From: Felis catus
Taxonomy: Eukaryota
DNA length: 64,000 nucleotides
NCBI RefSeq assembly: GCF_018350175.1
Contig: NC_058368.1
Location: 9,920,001-9,984,000 of the forward strand
Direction of reading: 5' to 3'
Shown here: piece after piece, positions 13,510 to 26,449 of the stretch
Layout of the letters: the number at the start of each line of letters is the position of its first letter
Position numbering within the stretch: the stretch's first letter is position 1
Translations under genes and position numbers: made by a program
The notes under the pieces: generated by a model
What the model was told of the DNA's origin: nothing
Database searches by the model: none
The model's input: the letters and a program-made list of their open reading frames with translations, nothing else

Positions 13510-13727
13510 GGGGCGCCTGGGTGGCGCAGTCGGTTAAGCGTCCGACTTCAGCCAGGTCACGATCTCGCAGTCCGTGAGTTCGAGCCCCGCGTCAGGCTCT
13601 GGGCTGATGGCTCGGAGCCTGGAGCCTGTTTCCGATTCTGTGTCTCCCTCTCTCTCTGCCCCTCCCCCGTTCATGCTCTGTCTCTCTCTGTCCCAAAAAT
13701 AAATAAACGTTGAAAAAAAAATTTTTT
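13510..13727 (+). mobile_element. Young SINEC_Fc-type SINE
   Basis: TSD AAAAAGGCAGAGTTT; CpGs intact. Confidence 0.95.
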
Positions 13728-14936
13728 AAAAAGGCAGAGTTTATTGGACGCTGGCTGAGCGTTCCAGAACACAAATGCTGGGGGCGTTTCGTGTAGGGAG
13801 AGAGCAAGACTGTCGTGAGGGATGAGAACAGATACATTTGTGACCTTCATGAGCTCACCCCTGGCTCCGTGGCTGTGCCTGTCGGGGTGGGGACGGAAGT
13901 TCAGGCTGGCATAGCATCGCAGGTCTGTTCTCGGGGAGGCAGGAGGAGGTGGGCGCACAAAGGAAGGGCCGCGGGAGTGAAGGGACAGATGGACCAACGG
14001 CCAAGCGGATGAGGGTCGCACCACCCGCACGCCTGGGTTGCCTGAGCAGCCTGCCCTGCTTTGCCAGCCCTTCCGACCAATGTGTCCTGTCAGGGGCTGC
14101 TTCGGGAGAAGGAAGCCGGGAGGAAGCTTCCAGCACAGAGACCCAAAGGGAAATGGCTTTTACGCGCACGGGACTGTTGTCCTATCTTTCCATGTGGAGC
14201 GTATCCTAGAAAAGTCCCTTTCTCTGGCAGCGGTTCTAAGGGGAGGGAACGTCCTCTGCGACAGAATCCACAGCAGTGTTCATTCTCCCATTTATCAACC
14301 GCGGACTCCGTACCCGCCTCAGACCGTGTCCTCGCCGTTGCCTGGAGGACCCCTCGCTTCTGTCTTGCAACAACCACGCTCACCTAACTCTTCCTTGAAG
14401 TCTTAACCAGGATTCGAAGGGGGGGGAAAAAAAAGGAGGCCATTTCCCCAACCTGGCTCGGCTGGCCTTGCAGAGATTCTGAATTCCCTTCTGTGAGTCA
14501 GGCTGGGGGCAATGAATGGCTCTTGCCCCGAGTGCTGAGCACACAGTTCGAGAGCCCGGCCTCCTGTCCGTGTGTGCCCACTGAAAGCTATGAGGCGGAG
14601 GGGAGGGAGGCTCAGAAAGGCCGGCCCCAAAGTAACAGCCGCATGGCCTGTGTCCCCCCACCGTGGAGCCCAGGCAGGGGAGAGAAAAGCCACGGGGGGG
14701 GGGGGGGGGGAAGAGCTCCTGTGACAGAGGATGACGATAGGCAGATGGTGAGAAGCAGTTTCCAGAAACTGGGAAACAGCCCCATCTGACTGCAAGAGAA
14801 AGACCTACCGAAGGAGGGCAGGACGGAAACAGAAAACAGCTGGCCCGGCTGGGCTGGCAGGGACGGGCTTTCTCATTTTGCGGATGAGGAAACTGAGGCC
14901 CAGGGAGGGGAAGTGGTTTGCTCAAGAGCAGATTCT

Positions 14937-15166
14937 TTTTTTTTTTTTTTTAATTTTTTTTTTCAACGTTTATTTATTTTGGGGACAGAGAGAGACAGAG
15001 CATGAACGGGCGAGGGGCAGAGAGAGAGGGAGACACAGAATCGGAAACAGTCTCCAGGCTCCGAGCCATCAGCCCAGAGCCTGACGCGGGGCTCGAACTC
15101 ACGGACCGCGAGATCGTGACCTGGCTGAAGTCGGACGCTTAACCAACTGCGCCACCCAGGCGCCCC
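14937..15166 (-). mobile_element. Young SINEC_Fc-type SINE
   Basis: TSD TCAAGAGCAG(A/G)TTCTT. Confidence 0.95.
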
Positions 15167-16216
15167 TCAAGAGCAGGTTCTTGAAAGAATCCTCTGCTTT
15201 CGCCCTCCCTCTCCACTTCCTCACCTTCCCTGCTGTCCTGAGTCTGAACCGAAGGACAGGCAGGCTGGAAACCCCGTACAGAGGGGCCGGGGGTGAGGGA
15301 AGGTGAGAGAAGCTAAGTGTCCGGGCCTGCGTTTGCTTCTCATTCCGGGCCAGGAAGGCAAGATCTTTAAGACTGACTCTGCTCCCTTCTGCCGATCTCC
15401 CTCGGAGCTCTGCACCTCGAGAGAGAATCCCGGGGGCATCGTAGCTGTGTGAGCTGGGGCGGGGAGCCACAGGCGTGGTTGTGTGCAGAGCTCAGGCTCC
15501 CGCGGTTATGCAAGCGGGTGCTGAAACTCTCCGGCAACCCTTTCTCCTAACCCCTGTGAAGACATCTCTCCTGAGCATTTCACGTGAAGCTTCGGAGATA
15601 AGAAAGGCAGGACCCTGCACTTCTGCTCAGTTGCTGCCTCCTCCGGGAAGCCCTCCTTGTTGCAGCATGAATCCGGGCTCCCTCCAGGGGTCTGCTCACC
15701 CATAGTATTAGCCCTACTTTTCTGCCTTAGCCCACTCAGCCTGGGTTTGTTATATGGGCTTCTGTCTGCTTCCTTCTCTAGACGGGAAGTTGTTCGCATC
15801 TGTACCCTGCCTGCCTATGTCCCTGCACAAATGTGCTCCATGCTTTGGAGCCCGGAACCAGCTGTTAATGGAGGCACATTACACATCTTCGGTGGGCTCC
15901 CCGAGGGGTCTGAAGGGTGCAAAGAAGAGGCATTTGGGTGCAGAAATAGGAGGTGATTCTAAGAACGGGTGTGGAAGGAAAGACAAATGCAGTGCGTGGA
16001 GTGGAGGGTGAGTGGGAGGAAAGAAATGAAGTCGGAAGGGAAGGGCGGAGAGGAAGAGCCCAAGCACCAGGAAAGGAGAAGGGGAGGGGAAAGAGGAGGC
16101 GGACCTCGCCCACCGGGCTCTGCAGCAGGCTCTCTCCCTGCCCCGGACGCCTTGCACAGACGCACAACCTCAGCCAGACCTTCCTGGCGTTTTGTCTGGC
16201 ATTCTAAAGCTCGGTC

Positions 16217-16462
16217 TTTTTTTTTTTTTTTTTAATTAATTATTTTTTTTAAATGTTTATTTATTTTTGACAGAGAGAGAGAGAGAGAGATAGAGCATGA
16301 GCGGGGGAGGGGCAGAGAGCGAGGGAGACATAGAATCTGAAACAGACTCCAGGCTCCGAGCTGTCAGCACAGAGCCCGACGCGGGGCTCGAACTCACGGA
16401 CCGTGAGATCATGACCTGAGCCGAAGTCGGATGCTCAACCGACTGAGCCACCCAGGCGCCCC
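16217..16462 (-). mobile_element. CanSINE (felid type)
   Basis: TSD TAAAGCTCGGTC. Confidence 0.95.
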
Positions 16463-16984
16463 TAAAGCTCGGTCATTTAAAAAGATTTTTGATTCCTACC
16501 AATACTCTGATTTCGGACATTTGGAAAAAAAAAAAAAAAGTGATGGCCCTTGCATGCTGCCCTATTGAGATTAAGATAAATATATCAATTGAAACCATCT
16601 TCCCCTTAATAGTTATTTGTGGAATCAAAAATTCCCATGATCATTGAAGCTCTAACATCACGTTTGGCTGTTTCAGGATAAAGTTTGCATTTGATGCAAA
16701 ATAACCATGAGGTGTATGTGTCTGTAGGTGCGGGTAATAGGATTTTTTAAAATCATTATACCTTTTGCCCTGTTGTTTCTGCCTTTACATCTTTCAAATC
16801 TGCTGCTGTTTGGTAACGATAGCCTGGGTCTCAGGAGTTTTTTGTTTGTTGTGGTTAGGAAGGCTTCTGCCCCCAAACTCACCTTCCATGTAAGAGTAGG
16901 AGTCAGTAGAGACATTTGGTTTGCATACACGTTTCATCTTATGGTCAATTTGTCCCAATATCCTGTACAGCCAAGGGCCTCTGT

Positions 16985-17445
16985 ATAGTGTAGTGATTTA
17001 AAGTGTGGGCTCTGGGGGTTCCCCGGGTGGCTCCGTCGGTTGAGCGTCTGACTTTGGCTCAGGTCATGATCTCGAGGTTCATGAGTTCGAGCCCTGCGTT
17101 GGGCTCACTGCTATCAGCCTGCAGCCCAGAGCCCTCTTTGGATACTCTGTGTCCCTCTCTGTGCCCCTCCCCGGCTTGTGCTCTCCCCAAAATAAATAAA
17201 TATTAAAAACAAAAGTGTGGGCTCTAGAGGCAGACTGTCTGGGTTTCTACCCCAGCTCGACTACTTATTATCTGTGTGTCCTCGGGCAAGCTCCCACACG
17301 GAGGCTTGTTATTCCATTTATGAAATAATAGTGATGCTTAACATATAAGGTTGTTGTGAAAATCCATCAGATAATATATGTAAAGTGCTTAGAACAGTGT
17401 CTGGCACATAATAAGTGCTTAGAAAATATTAGCTCTTATTATTAA
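16985..17445 (+). mobile_element. MIR, split by a CanSINE
   Basis: GGCTCTAGAGGCAGACTGTCTGGGTTTC...GTAAAGTGCTTAGAACAGTGTCTGGCACATAATAAGTGCT. Confidence 0.85.
17014..17211 (+). mobile_element. CanSINE inserted in a MIR
   Basis: TSD AAAGTGTGGGCTCT. Confidence 0.9.
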
Positions 17446-18228
17446 TAATCAACTGACGTATATTTCTTGAGTGGGGTGGTGGGTACCCGGTGTTCATTTT
17501 ATTAAGCTTTAAAATGTGCATATGTCTTATAAATCCTTTTTATGTGTATGATATGTCTTGCATGCATTAAAATAAATGCATTAAAAATAAATGAGCATTT
17601 ATGAGGTTTGTTTTAGCAATCATATGTCCCAGGGTTCCAGAAAACAATGAAATAAAATATTCCATCCCATTATTGGATTCATGTAGCAAACAATGGGACC
17701 GCCCAGGTATTCTTATTCATGATTCAAAAAAAAAAAAAAATACGGTAACTATAGAAATAGTACCGATTTTCTAGGAATTAATACATGAGCATGTATTTAT
17801 TTTTTCCCTTCTTGGACCGATGGCAGGTTCTAGATTCATAGAGTCACTAGTATTGAATCATTGGTATGCCTGTCCTCTCCAGGCCGCTTCAGAGCGGGGA
17901 AGGACAGTACTCAGGTGAGGACTGATCCGTTTACCCAGGGAGGGATGCTGCTGAGAAGTCTCACCTGGCGAACTTGAACTTGATCTTAATTGACAGTCCT
18001 GTTCCTGTTTCCCTTGTTGGCTCTCAACGCCTTGAGTAGAAAGATGGAGGGGTTGGCGGTGAGGTTTCGTTCTGGGGACCAGGGGAGGGGGTCCAGATCT
18101 TTCTGGACAAAAGAGACACAGCTGTTCATCTCTGATGTAGTTTGAGGAGGTTAATGTTGCCCTCAGCAGCCTCTACAGCAGCCGCGGGGGTTCCGCCCCC
18201 TCACCCTGCAGGCTTGGAGAACATCTTC

Positions 18229-18456
18229 TTTTTTTTTTTTCATTTTTTTTTTCAACGTTTATTTATTTTTGGGACAGAGAGAGACAGAGCATGAATGGGC
18301 GAGGGGCAGAGAGAGAGGGAGACACAGAATCGGAAACAGTCTCCAGGCTCCGAGCCATCAGCCCAGAGCCTGACGCGGGGCTCGAACTCCCGGACCGCGA
18401 GATCGTGACCTGAGCTGAAGTCGGACGCTTAACCGACAGCGCCACCCAGGCGCCCC
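18229..18456 (-). mobile_element. Young SINEC_Fc-type SINE
   Basis: TSD TGGAGA(A/G)CATCTTCT. Confidence 0.95.
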
Positions 18457-18544
18457 TGGAGAGCATCTTCTGAATTGCCCTTGAAATCTGTCGCTGTCAT
18501 GCTCTTCCCTTTCCTGTGCTAATGGTTGGTTGTGTTAGAGTGCT

Positions 18545-18700
18545 TTGTGTACCTGTTTGTCTCCTCTGCTGGATTTCAAAAGTCTTAAAAGGAGACACTT
18601 CATCTCGTTTATCTTTAAATACCCACAGTGGCTTGCTCAGGGAGTGTTTGTTGAATGTATGAATGGCTGATTGGGTAGGTGAATGAATGAATGAATGAGT
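18545..18700 (+). mobile_element. L2 3' end
   Basis: GTGTTTGTTGAATGTATGAATG followed by a (TGAA)n tail. Confidence 0.6.
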
Positions 18701-19251
18701 AGGAGCCATCATTAAAAAGCTGAGGATAAAGTGGAAAGATTGGGCCACAAAATCTTCCAGGTAAAATCTTTTTCAAAAATTAGGAATATTCTCGAATATT
18801 CCAATGTGCTGAGTTGACAGAGTAGAGAATTTTGGATGTGGCTCCATTTGTCTGGTCATTCATGAGAATTTACAAATGTTTCACTAGGCTGAGACACTGT
18901 GGCAGCAAGGACCATGTTTATCCCCCAAAGCTAGCACACAGTAGGCACATAGTATGATGCTAAGTGAAATATTCTCTTCTCTTGTAGGATTTAACCCAAC
19001 CAGTAACCCTGACAGGAAGGAGGACACGTTCAATTCAATAAACCCATATACAGCATCTACTTCTGTAAGTACTTTCCCAAGGGCTGGGTGAACAAGAGAA
19101 TAGATCATGGGTCCTTTCTTTCAGGGGTTTTTGGAGGTAGTTAGTTACATTTGTACCCAACTGTAACACAAGGCAGAATGTGATAAGCACTACCATAGAG
19201 GTTGAAATGCTAAGTGCTAAAAAAAAAAAAAAAAAAAAAAGAAAGAAAAGT

Positions 19252-19495
19252 GGGGTGTGCCTGAGTGGCTCAGTCAGTTACGCGTCTGACTCTTGATTTT
19301 GGCTCAGGTCATGATCCCAGGGTCGTGGGATTGGGCTCCGTGCTAGGTGTGGAAGTCACACCTTAAGATTTTCTGCTTGAGATTTTCTCCCTCTCTCTCT
19401 CCCTCTGCCTCTCCCCTCTCATTTTCTCCCTCTCTCTCTCTCAAAGAAAAAAGAAAAGAAGAGGAAAGAAAAGGGAAGAAAAGCGAAAAGAAAAG
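19252..19495 (+). mobile_element. CanSINE preceded by a poly(A) tract
   Basis: SINE head at 19252. AAATGCTAAGTG is repeated at ~19205 and ~19496. Confidence 0.85.
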
Positions 19496-19669
19496 AAATG
19501 CTAAGTGGACCAGGAGGGGAGGAATTTATTAAAGCCTGTGGGATCTGGGAGGACTTCATGGCCGTGTGAGTCCTGGTTGGACAGGCAGGATTTTGTCAGG
19601 TAGAAACGGGAGGAGGACCATTTGTTCGACTGCAGTTCAGGGTGCGTAGGAAGAGACGGTGAGGGTCAA

Positions 19670-20207
19670 GGTGGAAAACTGTCTCCAAGATGGCGCCCAA
19701 TGATCCTCAACTCCTGCTGTTCATGTTCTTTTGTAGTCCTCCCGGCATTGTCTCAGGGGTGGTCTGTGTGACCAACGGAAGTGATGGTGTGTGACTTCTA
19801 AGACTGTGCCACAGAAGATGTTGCCACTTCCCTTGCTGTTCTGTAGACCGCCTGATGTGGGGGAAGCTAGGTGCCTTGTGGTGACGACACCCAGCAGCCT
19901 AGGGATAGACCCGCGTGGGAAAGACCTGAAGCCTCCCGCCACGAGCCAGCGCCAACCTACTCCTGCTGTCTGTGTGAACCAGCCTTCTTGGAAGCTGATC
20001 CGCTAGAACTGGGTCAGAGCTCCGGGTGACCGCAGTCCCAGCTGATATCCTGACTGGCACTTAGGCGAGACCTTGAGCCAGAACCGCTCAGCTAAGAGGC
20101 TCCTGATTTTCTGACCCACGGTGACTGAGAGACAGTAGGTGTTCTCTTGATGCTTCAAGGCTTTGGTTTTGGGAGTCGTTTCATAGACAGCAATAGACAC
20201 ACGTACA
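19670..20207 (+). mobile_element. MaLR solo LTR (MLT1F/E-like)
   Basis: CCAAGATGGCGCCCAATGATCCTC...CAGCAATAGACACACGTACA. Confidence 0.8.
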
Positions 20208-21524
20208 GAAACGAAGGCTTGGAGAAGAGTTTGGGAAGAGCCTTCGTTTTTAAGGCGCCATACTTGTATGCAATGGGGGCGATGTTTTTTTAAAGGCGTA
20301 AAAGATGATGATGACTGTGAGGATGGGTGTAACCTAAGTTGGCCAAAGGAGTGCCGGAGCAGGAAGAAAATTTAAGAGGCCACCGCAGTCGTCCAGACGA
20401 GAGGTAATGAGAGAGCGGAAGCGGAGGCACCGCTGGGGGACCGGAGAATGGCACGTCCACGCAGGGGGGCGAAGGCGAAGAAGTCACGAAGGTGACTCCT
20501 GGGTTTTGAGCGCAGGAACACGGGGGAGCCATGATCTCATTTACCCAAAGAGGAAACACAGAAGGGAGCCCGCGTGGGTAGGAGTCAAGAAGTGGGGGTG
20601 TCTATCTCCTGGCGAGGAGAGCTCTCTGCGTCCAGAGCTCCGCGGAGGGCTGGCCACCAAGGCTCCTTCACAGATCGGGCTGGTCGAGAAGCCTCTCCCT
20701 GAAGGACGAGGCTGTTCCATTTCACCGCACATCTTCCCCACTGCCAAGTGTTCCCTGGTGACAGCCTCTGCCATCGGTATTTTTAGCATGTGGCCTTTCT
20801 GAGCCTGAAAAACAACATCCACTTCCTGGAACTTCTCCTCCAGCTGACAGCCAGTGACCCACGCGGGCGGGAGCTTCAGCTGGGCCTGACGGGCGACAGT
20901 CTGCCAATCTGCTAGGGGAGAGGAAGGCAGGCCGCAAGTTGGGCACGGAGGCCTCCACCCCGCTCCCTTCTGTCCTGCTCTTGAGGCCTAACGACGTCAG
21001 TGCACGTCAGAAGCTGAAAAGTGAGGAAGCCTGTGAATAAAGCCCAAGAGGCAGGAAGCTTCTCCTGAAATTTCCTTCTATGACAGCTACATCAAGTCTG
21101 AAGGTAGTACCTGGCCAGGTGACGTTAGAAAACCACCAGGGCATAAATATTGCTTTTATAGTAATCCTAGGACAGGCCTGCGTGAAAACCCCCTGGGACT
21201 CGTCACACGTGCTGTTGCATCCCGTGGAGTCAGATCTGAGGCAGAGCCAGAAAAGCATCAGGGGAAACGTGAGAGAGGGTGAGGGGTTTCTCCGATGGGG
21301 TCTGCAGCCCCGGGCCAAGGCTGGGGGCGGCGAGAACCCGCCGGACTGTTCCCCAGAGTTGTAAGAGTTCTCTGCCAGAATTTTCGAAATTGTGCTTTTT
21401 AGAGTTTATGAGCGTCTAAACGGGTTGGAATAAGCATTTTCGGTGCTGATTGACCCCTTAAGTAGGAGTACTACCTCGCCCCTCAGGACCCATATGCACA
21501 AATGTGTTTTGATGCTAAGTGGCA

Positions 21525-21785
21525 TTTTATTTTATTTTATTTTATTTTATTTTATTTTATTTTATTTTATCATTTTTTTAAAGTTTATTTATTTATTTAT
21601 TTTGAGACAGAGAGAGAGAGCCCAAGCAGGGGAGGGGCAGAGAGAGAGAGAGAAAATCCCAAGCAGGCTCCACACGGTCAGTGCCTGGAACCCAGTGCGG
21701 GGCTAGAGCTCAAAACCCATGAGCTCCTGACCTGAGCTGAAGTCAAGAGTCAGACGCTTAACCGACCGAGCCACCCGGATGCCCC
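21525..21785 (-). mobile_element. CanSINE with a (TTTTA)n tail
   Basis: SINEC body on the minus strand. Confidence 0.9.
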
Positions 21786-22704
21786 CTCCAGTGGTGTTTT
21801 AAAAGTGGTTGCAGACCGATGGAAAAGACGAAAGGGTGGTTTTAGTACGGAACAAAGCGCTGGTGTCCCGTGGAGACCAGGTGACATCTCCGTGCCGTGT
21901 CTCAACAAAGGTGTAGCAGCAGCTCAAAGCAGGAATGCCAGCAAAGCTGCAGGGGACAGTCAGGGCCACTTTCTTGGTTTGAGGGTTGGGGGCTCAGCAA
22001 AACAATATCACGTGTCACTCCGAACGGGTGTGGTCCTCAGAACTGGGGGGGGGGGGTTGAAGAAAAAGAGCCACCCTTGGGGGGAATATAATCTTTGCGG
22101 CATCACCATCACCCCCCCCCCCCACCACCATCGGCAAAGCATTTACCTGGCGTGTGCCCGAGACGAGCGGTAGGGATGAGTAATACAAAGTTGTTGTTAG
22201 TGTGTTTCCATGAGAACTTCATGGACGTTGAGAATGTGTTGGGATCAGAACGCAAGGGTCCGTTGCTAATGATGTGAAGGCCCCACATGAATCTACTCTG
22301 GATGATGTGCTGCAGATGGCAACTGCAGGATTTTCTTTCTGGAACCTCAGCGGGGGCATAGGGGAGGATTTGGGGAGGACGCTTGCCCTGGAGCCGGAGG
22401 ACAAGGCTATGTCTGTTGGGTAGTGATAAATGGGCAAGGGAGGAGATCTTCCACGGAAGGTCCTCTACTACCTTGAAAACTGCTTTGAGCTGATACCAAA
22501 TCACCACATATGTGGCTGGGTTGGATACCAGGGTGCAGGATGGGGACAGAACCACCAGCGGGACCTCAGAAGGAGTCCAAGCACCAAGGATACGCCCCCT
22601 CTCCTCCCTTGGCAAACCTGACTCCTATTCTAGTTTGGGTTTCTTGGAACTTCAGAGATTTGGGTACGTTTGGTTCACACACCCAGTTTTCCAGCAGTGA
22701 GTTA

Positions 22705-22925
22705 TTTTTTTTTTTAATGGTTATTTACTTTTGAGAAAGAAAGAGAGAGAGAGAGAAAGAGCAAGCAGGGGAGGGACAGAGAGAGAGGGAGACAGAGAAT
22801 CCGAAGCAGACTCCAGGTTCTGAGCTGTCGGCACAGAGTCGATGCAGGACTTGAACTCGAGAGCCGTGAGATCGTGACCTGAGCCAAAGTCGGAGGCTTA
22901 GCCAACTGAGCCACCCAGGCGCCCC
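22705..22925 (-). mobile_element. CanSINE
   Basis: SINEC body on the minus strand. Confidence 0.92.
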
Positions 22926-23304
22926 TGCAGCTGTGTTTTTAAAGCTGGTCCCAGGATGTCAGGAACATCTGGTAGCCCACCTTCCCCTGGGCCTGAGCTT
23001 CCCCTCAGGAATAACTATATGTGTCCTATTTCCATGCAACATGACTGGTAGGTACACAAAGCTTACCCACCTACGCAAGAAACGCCATTCAACTATATGA
23101 TGAATGCAATTAATTTTACACGCTTTTACATGATGTAAGGACTTGCGGACGGAGGTATGCTGTGTACCACACTGCCTGCTGTTGATTCTTCATTTTCCTG
23201 TTATTATCTTTATCTTTTTTGCTCCAGTTTTTCCTTCCTGAATCAGGATGGATGGCATTAGCCACATTAAAAGAAACACGACGGCAGGGACTTAACCACA
23301 TAAG

Positions 23305-24440
23305 GTTTTTTGCTTAGTTTAGTTTAGTTTTGTTTTTGAGATATTTACATGATGTAAATCCACATATTTTAAGTTTACTGTTCAGTGAGTTTTGGCAAAG
23401 GTGCTATATAGTTTATGAAACCACCCCATTGGTATATAAAACATGTTTATCACCCTAGGAAATGATCCTATGTCCCTTTCTTGTGAACCCTGACCCCTTC
23501 CCCTAGGCAGCCACTGTTGTGATTTCTCTTACCATAGCTTAGTTGTGCCTGCTTCTAGAACTTCATATAAATAGAACAATACTGAATGTATCCCTTTGTG
23601 TCTGACTTCTTCGATTCAACGTAATATTCATAGTATTCATCCACGTGGTTGAAAGTTTCAGTAGTCCTTTCCTTTTCACTGCTAAGTAGTATTCTAGTGC
23701 ATAAATATGCCACACTTTTTGTACCCATTCTTTGGTTGATACACGTTCGGGCCGTTTTCAGTTCTTGCCTGTCGTGAATAGAGCATTTAAAAACATTCCT
23801 GTATACGTCTTTTAAGTTTTCACTTTTCTGGGGCAAATAACCAGAAGGAAAATGGTTGGGTAATAAATAGGTGCATATTTAATATTTCGAGAAACTGCCC
23901 ATCGGTTTTTCCAAATGCCCACGATAATTTGAACGGCGACGTGTGAGCGTTCCGTTGCCCCGCATGCTCGCGGACAGCAGTGTTGCCAGTTTTAAAGGTT
24001 TTGGCCATCCTGGCGGATGTGAAATACCACGTGGTTGTGACTACATTTCACTGATAACCGGTGATGTTGAACGCCTTTCCATGCGCTCTTTGGTCATTTC
24101 TGCAGCTTTCTCTGTGACATCCCCGTTGAAGTCTTCAGCTCGCTCTTTAAAAACCCTGGGTTGCATTTCCCTTTGTTTTCTTTTCTTTTTAATTTACAGC
24201 AGTGTGTATATTGTGGATACAAGCTCTCTGCCCGATAACTGTGCTGCGAATATTTCCTCTCAGCTTGTGGTTTGCCTTCTCATATTCTTAATGTCTTTGA
24301 CGAGTGGAAACTTTAAATTTTGATGAACTTCAGTAGATCAGGTTTTAATTGTATGGCCAGCATGGATCCATTTCTGGGCTCTCTGTTCTGTTCTATTGAT
24401 CTACTTGTCTACTCTCACTTATGCCAGTTTCCACCTTCTT
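23305..24440 (-). mobile_element. Old L1M (MC/MD-like) 3' fragment
   Basis: Typical antisense L1 3' text, e.g. TTCTAGAACTTCATATAAATAGAA and GGTGATGTTGAACGCCTTTCCATG. Confidence 0.8.
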
Positions 24441-24464
24441 GATTCAGATGGGGTTTTTGGTTTG

Positions 24465-24840
24465 TTTCCAGAGGTAGGTGGGCCCGGGCTGGTAAAGCTG
24501 CTCAAGGAAGTTGTCTGCGCAGAGCCAGGTTCCTTCTGGCTCTCTGCTCCACCGTCTTCAATGAGTGGATTTTGTTTTTCTGGAAGCAAGATGGCTGCTT
24601 CGTCAATGGCGTCCCATTCTGGCCTCTGGCAGGAGGAAGAGGACAGACAGGTTAAGACTCAGCACCCTGCTGAGTCTGCCCCTTTATAATCGAAGAAAAA
24701 AAAAAATCCCAAACCCAAATAACCAAACCATCATAAAAACCTTCCGGAGGCCCCAATCAGGACTCTGTTCGCATCTCAGAACCGATCACATGGCCACCCC
24801 CTAGTGGCAACGGAGACTAGGGAGAGGAATATTTTCACGC
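24465..24840 (-). mobile_element. Old MaLR LTR (MLT1J/K-like)
   Basis: CAAGATGGCTGCT and TCACATGGCCACCCCTAG motifs. Confidence 0.6.
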
Positions 24841-24997
24841 TGTGCGACTAGTGTACCCACCACTGCGGCAGAAGGGGAGTGATCGCACCTATCACTTTGG
24901 ACAAATCAGAACCCACCCTTGCAGCTGGATGTAGGTCAATCTCACAAACCAGGAGAGTGCTACAAAACGTCTTGGGGGAAAAATAAAGAGTGAGGAC

Positions 24998-25188
24998 GGG
25001 GGTGCCTGGGTGGCTAAGTCGGTTCAGCGCCTGACTTCAGCTCAGGTCATGATCTCATGGCCTGTTTGAGCCCCGCATCGAGTTCTGTGCTGACAGCTCA
25101 GAGCCTGGAGCCTGCTTAGGATTCCGTGTCTCCCTCTCTCTCTGCCCCTCCCCTGCTTGCGCTCTCTCTTTTTCTCAAAAATAAGTAA
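24998..25188 (+). mobile_element. CanSINE (host of a nested inverted SINE)
   Basis: TSD AGAGTGAGGAC flanks the composite element. Confidence 0.92.
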
Positions 25189-25203
25189 ACACGGAAAACT
25201 TTT

Positions 25204-25424
25204 ATTTATTTATTTTTTCAACGTTTATTTATTTTTTGGGGGACAGAGAGAGACAGAGCATGAACGGGGGAGGGGCAGAGAGAGAGGGAGACACAGAATC
25301 GGAAACAGGCTCCAGGCTCCGAGCCATCAGCCCAGAGCCTGACGCGGGGCTCGAACTCACGGACCACGAGATAGTGACCTGGCTGAAGTCGGACGCTTAA
25401 CCGACTGCGCCACCCAGGCGCCCC
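25204..25424 (-). mobile_element. Young SINEC_Fc-type SINE nested in the tail of the previous SINE
   Basis: 15-bp TSD ACACGGAAAACTTTT at 25189-25203 and 25427-25441. Confidence 0.95.
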
Positions 25425-25472
25425 ATACACGGAAAACTTTTAAAAAGAGAGTGAGGACAAAGAAACATCCAG

Positions 25473-25690
25473 AATATATATATATACATATGTATATATG
25501 TATATGTGTATATATGTGTGTGTGTGTATATATAATATATATGTTATTATATATATATGTTTACTTATATATATGTTTTTATATATATGTTTACTTATAT
25601 ATATGTTTACTTATATATATGTTTACTTATATATATATAAGTTATTATATATAATATTATATATATAAGTTATTATATATATAAGTTTAT
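25473..25690. repeat. Compound (TA)n-rich microsatellite with repeated ATATGTTTACTTAT units
   Basis: Direct reading. Confidence 0.95.
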
Positions 25691-25838
25691 TTCATGGCTT
25701 CTCAACCCGGTAAGTGGTACGCAGGAGGGCATAAGATTCATGAACGGAGTTTTTCAACCTTCCTTCCACAAGGCTGCCCCTATTTGCAATAGAAGCAGCA
25801 CTGTCTTATTCAGGTCATGAATTACATTTGCAAGTTTT

Positions 25839-26449
25839 TTTTTTTCAATATATGAAATTTATTGTCAGATTGGTTTCCATACAACACCCAGTGCTCATCC
25901 CAAAAGGTGCCCTCCTCAATACCCATCACCCACCCTCCCCTCCCTCCCACCCCCCATCAACCCTCAGTTTGTTCTCAGTTTTTAAGAGTCTCTTATACTT
26001 TGGCTCTCTTCCACTCTAACCTCTTTTTTATTTTTCCTTCCCCTCCCCCATGGGTTCCTGTTAAGTTTCTCAGGATCCACATAAGAGTGAAACCATATGG
26101 TATCTGTCTTTCTCTGTATGGCTTATTTCACTTAGCACCACACTCTCCAGTTCCATCCACGTCTACAAAGGGCCATATTTCATTCTTTCTCATTGCCACG
26201 TAGTATTCCATTGTGCATATAAACCACAATTTCTGTATCCATTCATCAGTTGATGGACATTTAGGCTCTTTCCACAATTTGGCTATTGTTGAGAGTGCTG
26301 CTATAAACATTGGGGTACAAGTGCCCCTATGCATCAGCACTCCTGTATCCCTTGGGTCAATTCCTAGCAGTGCTATTGCTGGGTCATAGGGTAGGTCTAT
26401 TTTTAATTTTTTGAGGAACCTCCACACTGTTTTCCAGAGTGGCTGCACC
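25839..26449 (-). mobile_element. Young 5'-truncated felid-type L1 (ORF2 C-terminus plus 3'UTR)
   Basis: The minus [33 protein letters not shown]...CTPMFIAALSTIAKLWKEPKCPSTDEWI is the L1 ORF2p C-terminus. 19-bp TSD AATTACATTTGCAAGTTTT at 25820-25838 and 26450-26468. Confidence 0.95.

Noticed and set aside
13510..13590. tRNA-like A/B boxes in SINE heads, and the recurring ORFs GHDLAVREFEPR and AQSVKRPTSAQV
   Set aside because: These are tRNA-derived CanSINE heads, not tRNA genes or a protein family.
22109..22615. 168-aa minus-strand ORF in unique-looking DNA, considered as a processed pseudogene
   Set aside because: No protein recognised and no poly(A) or TSD seen. A BLASTx search would be needed to revive it.
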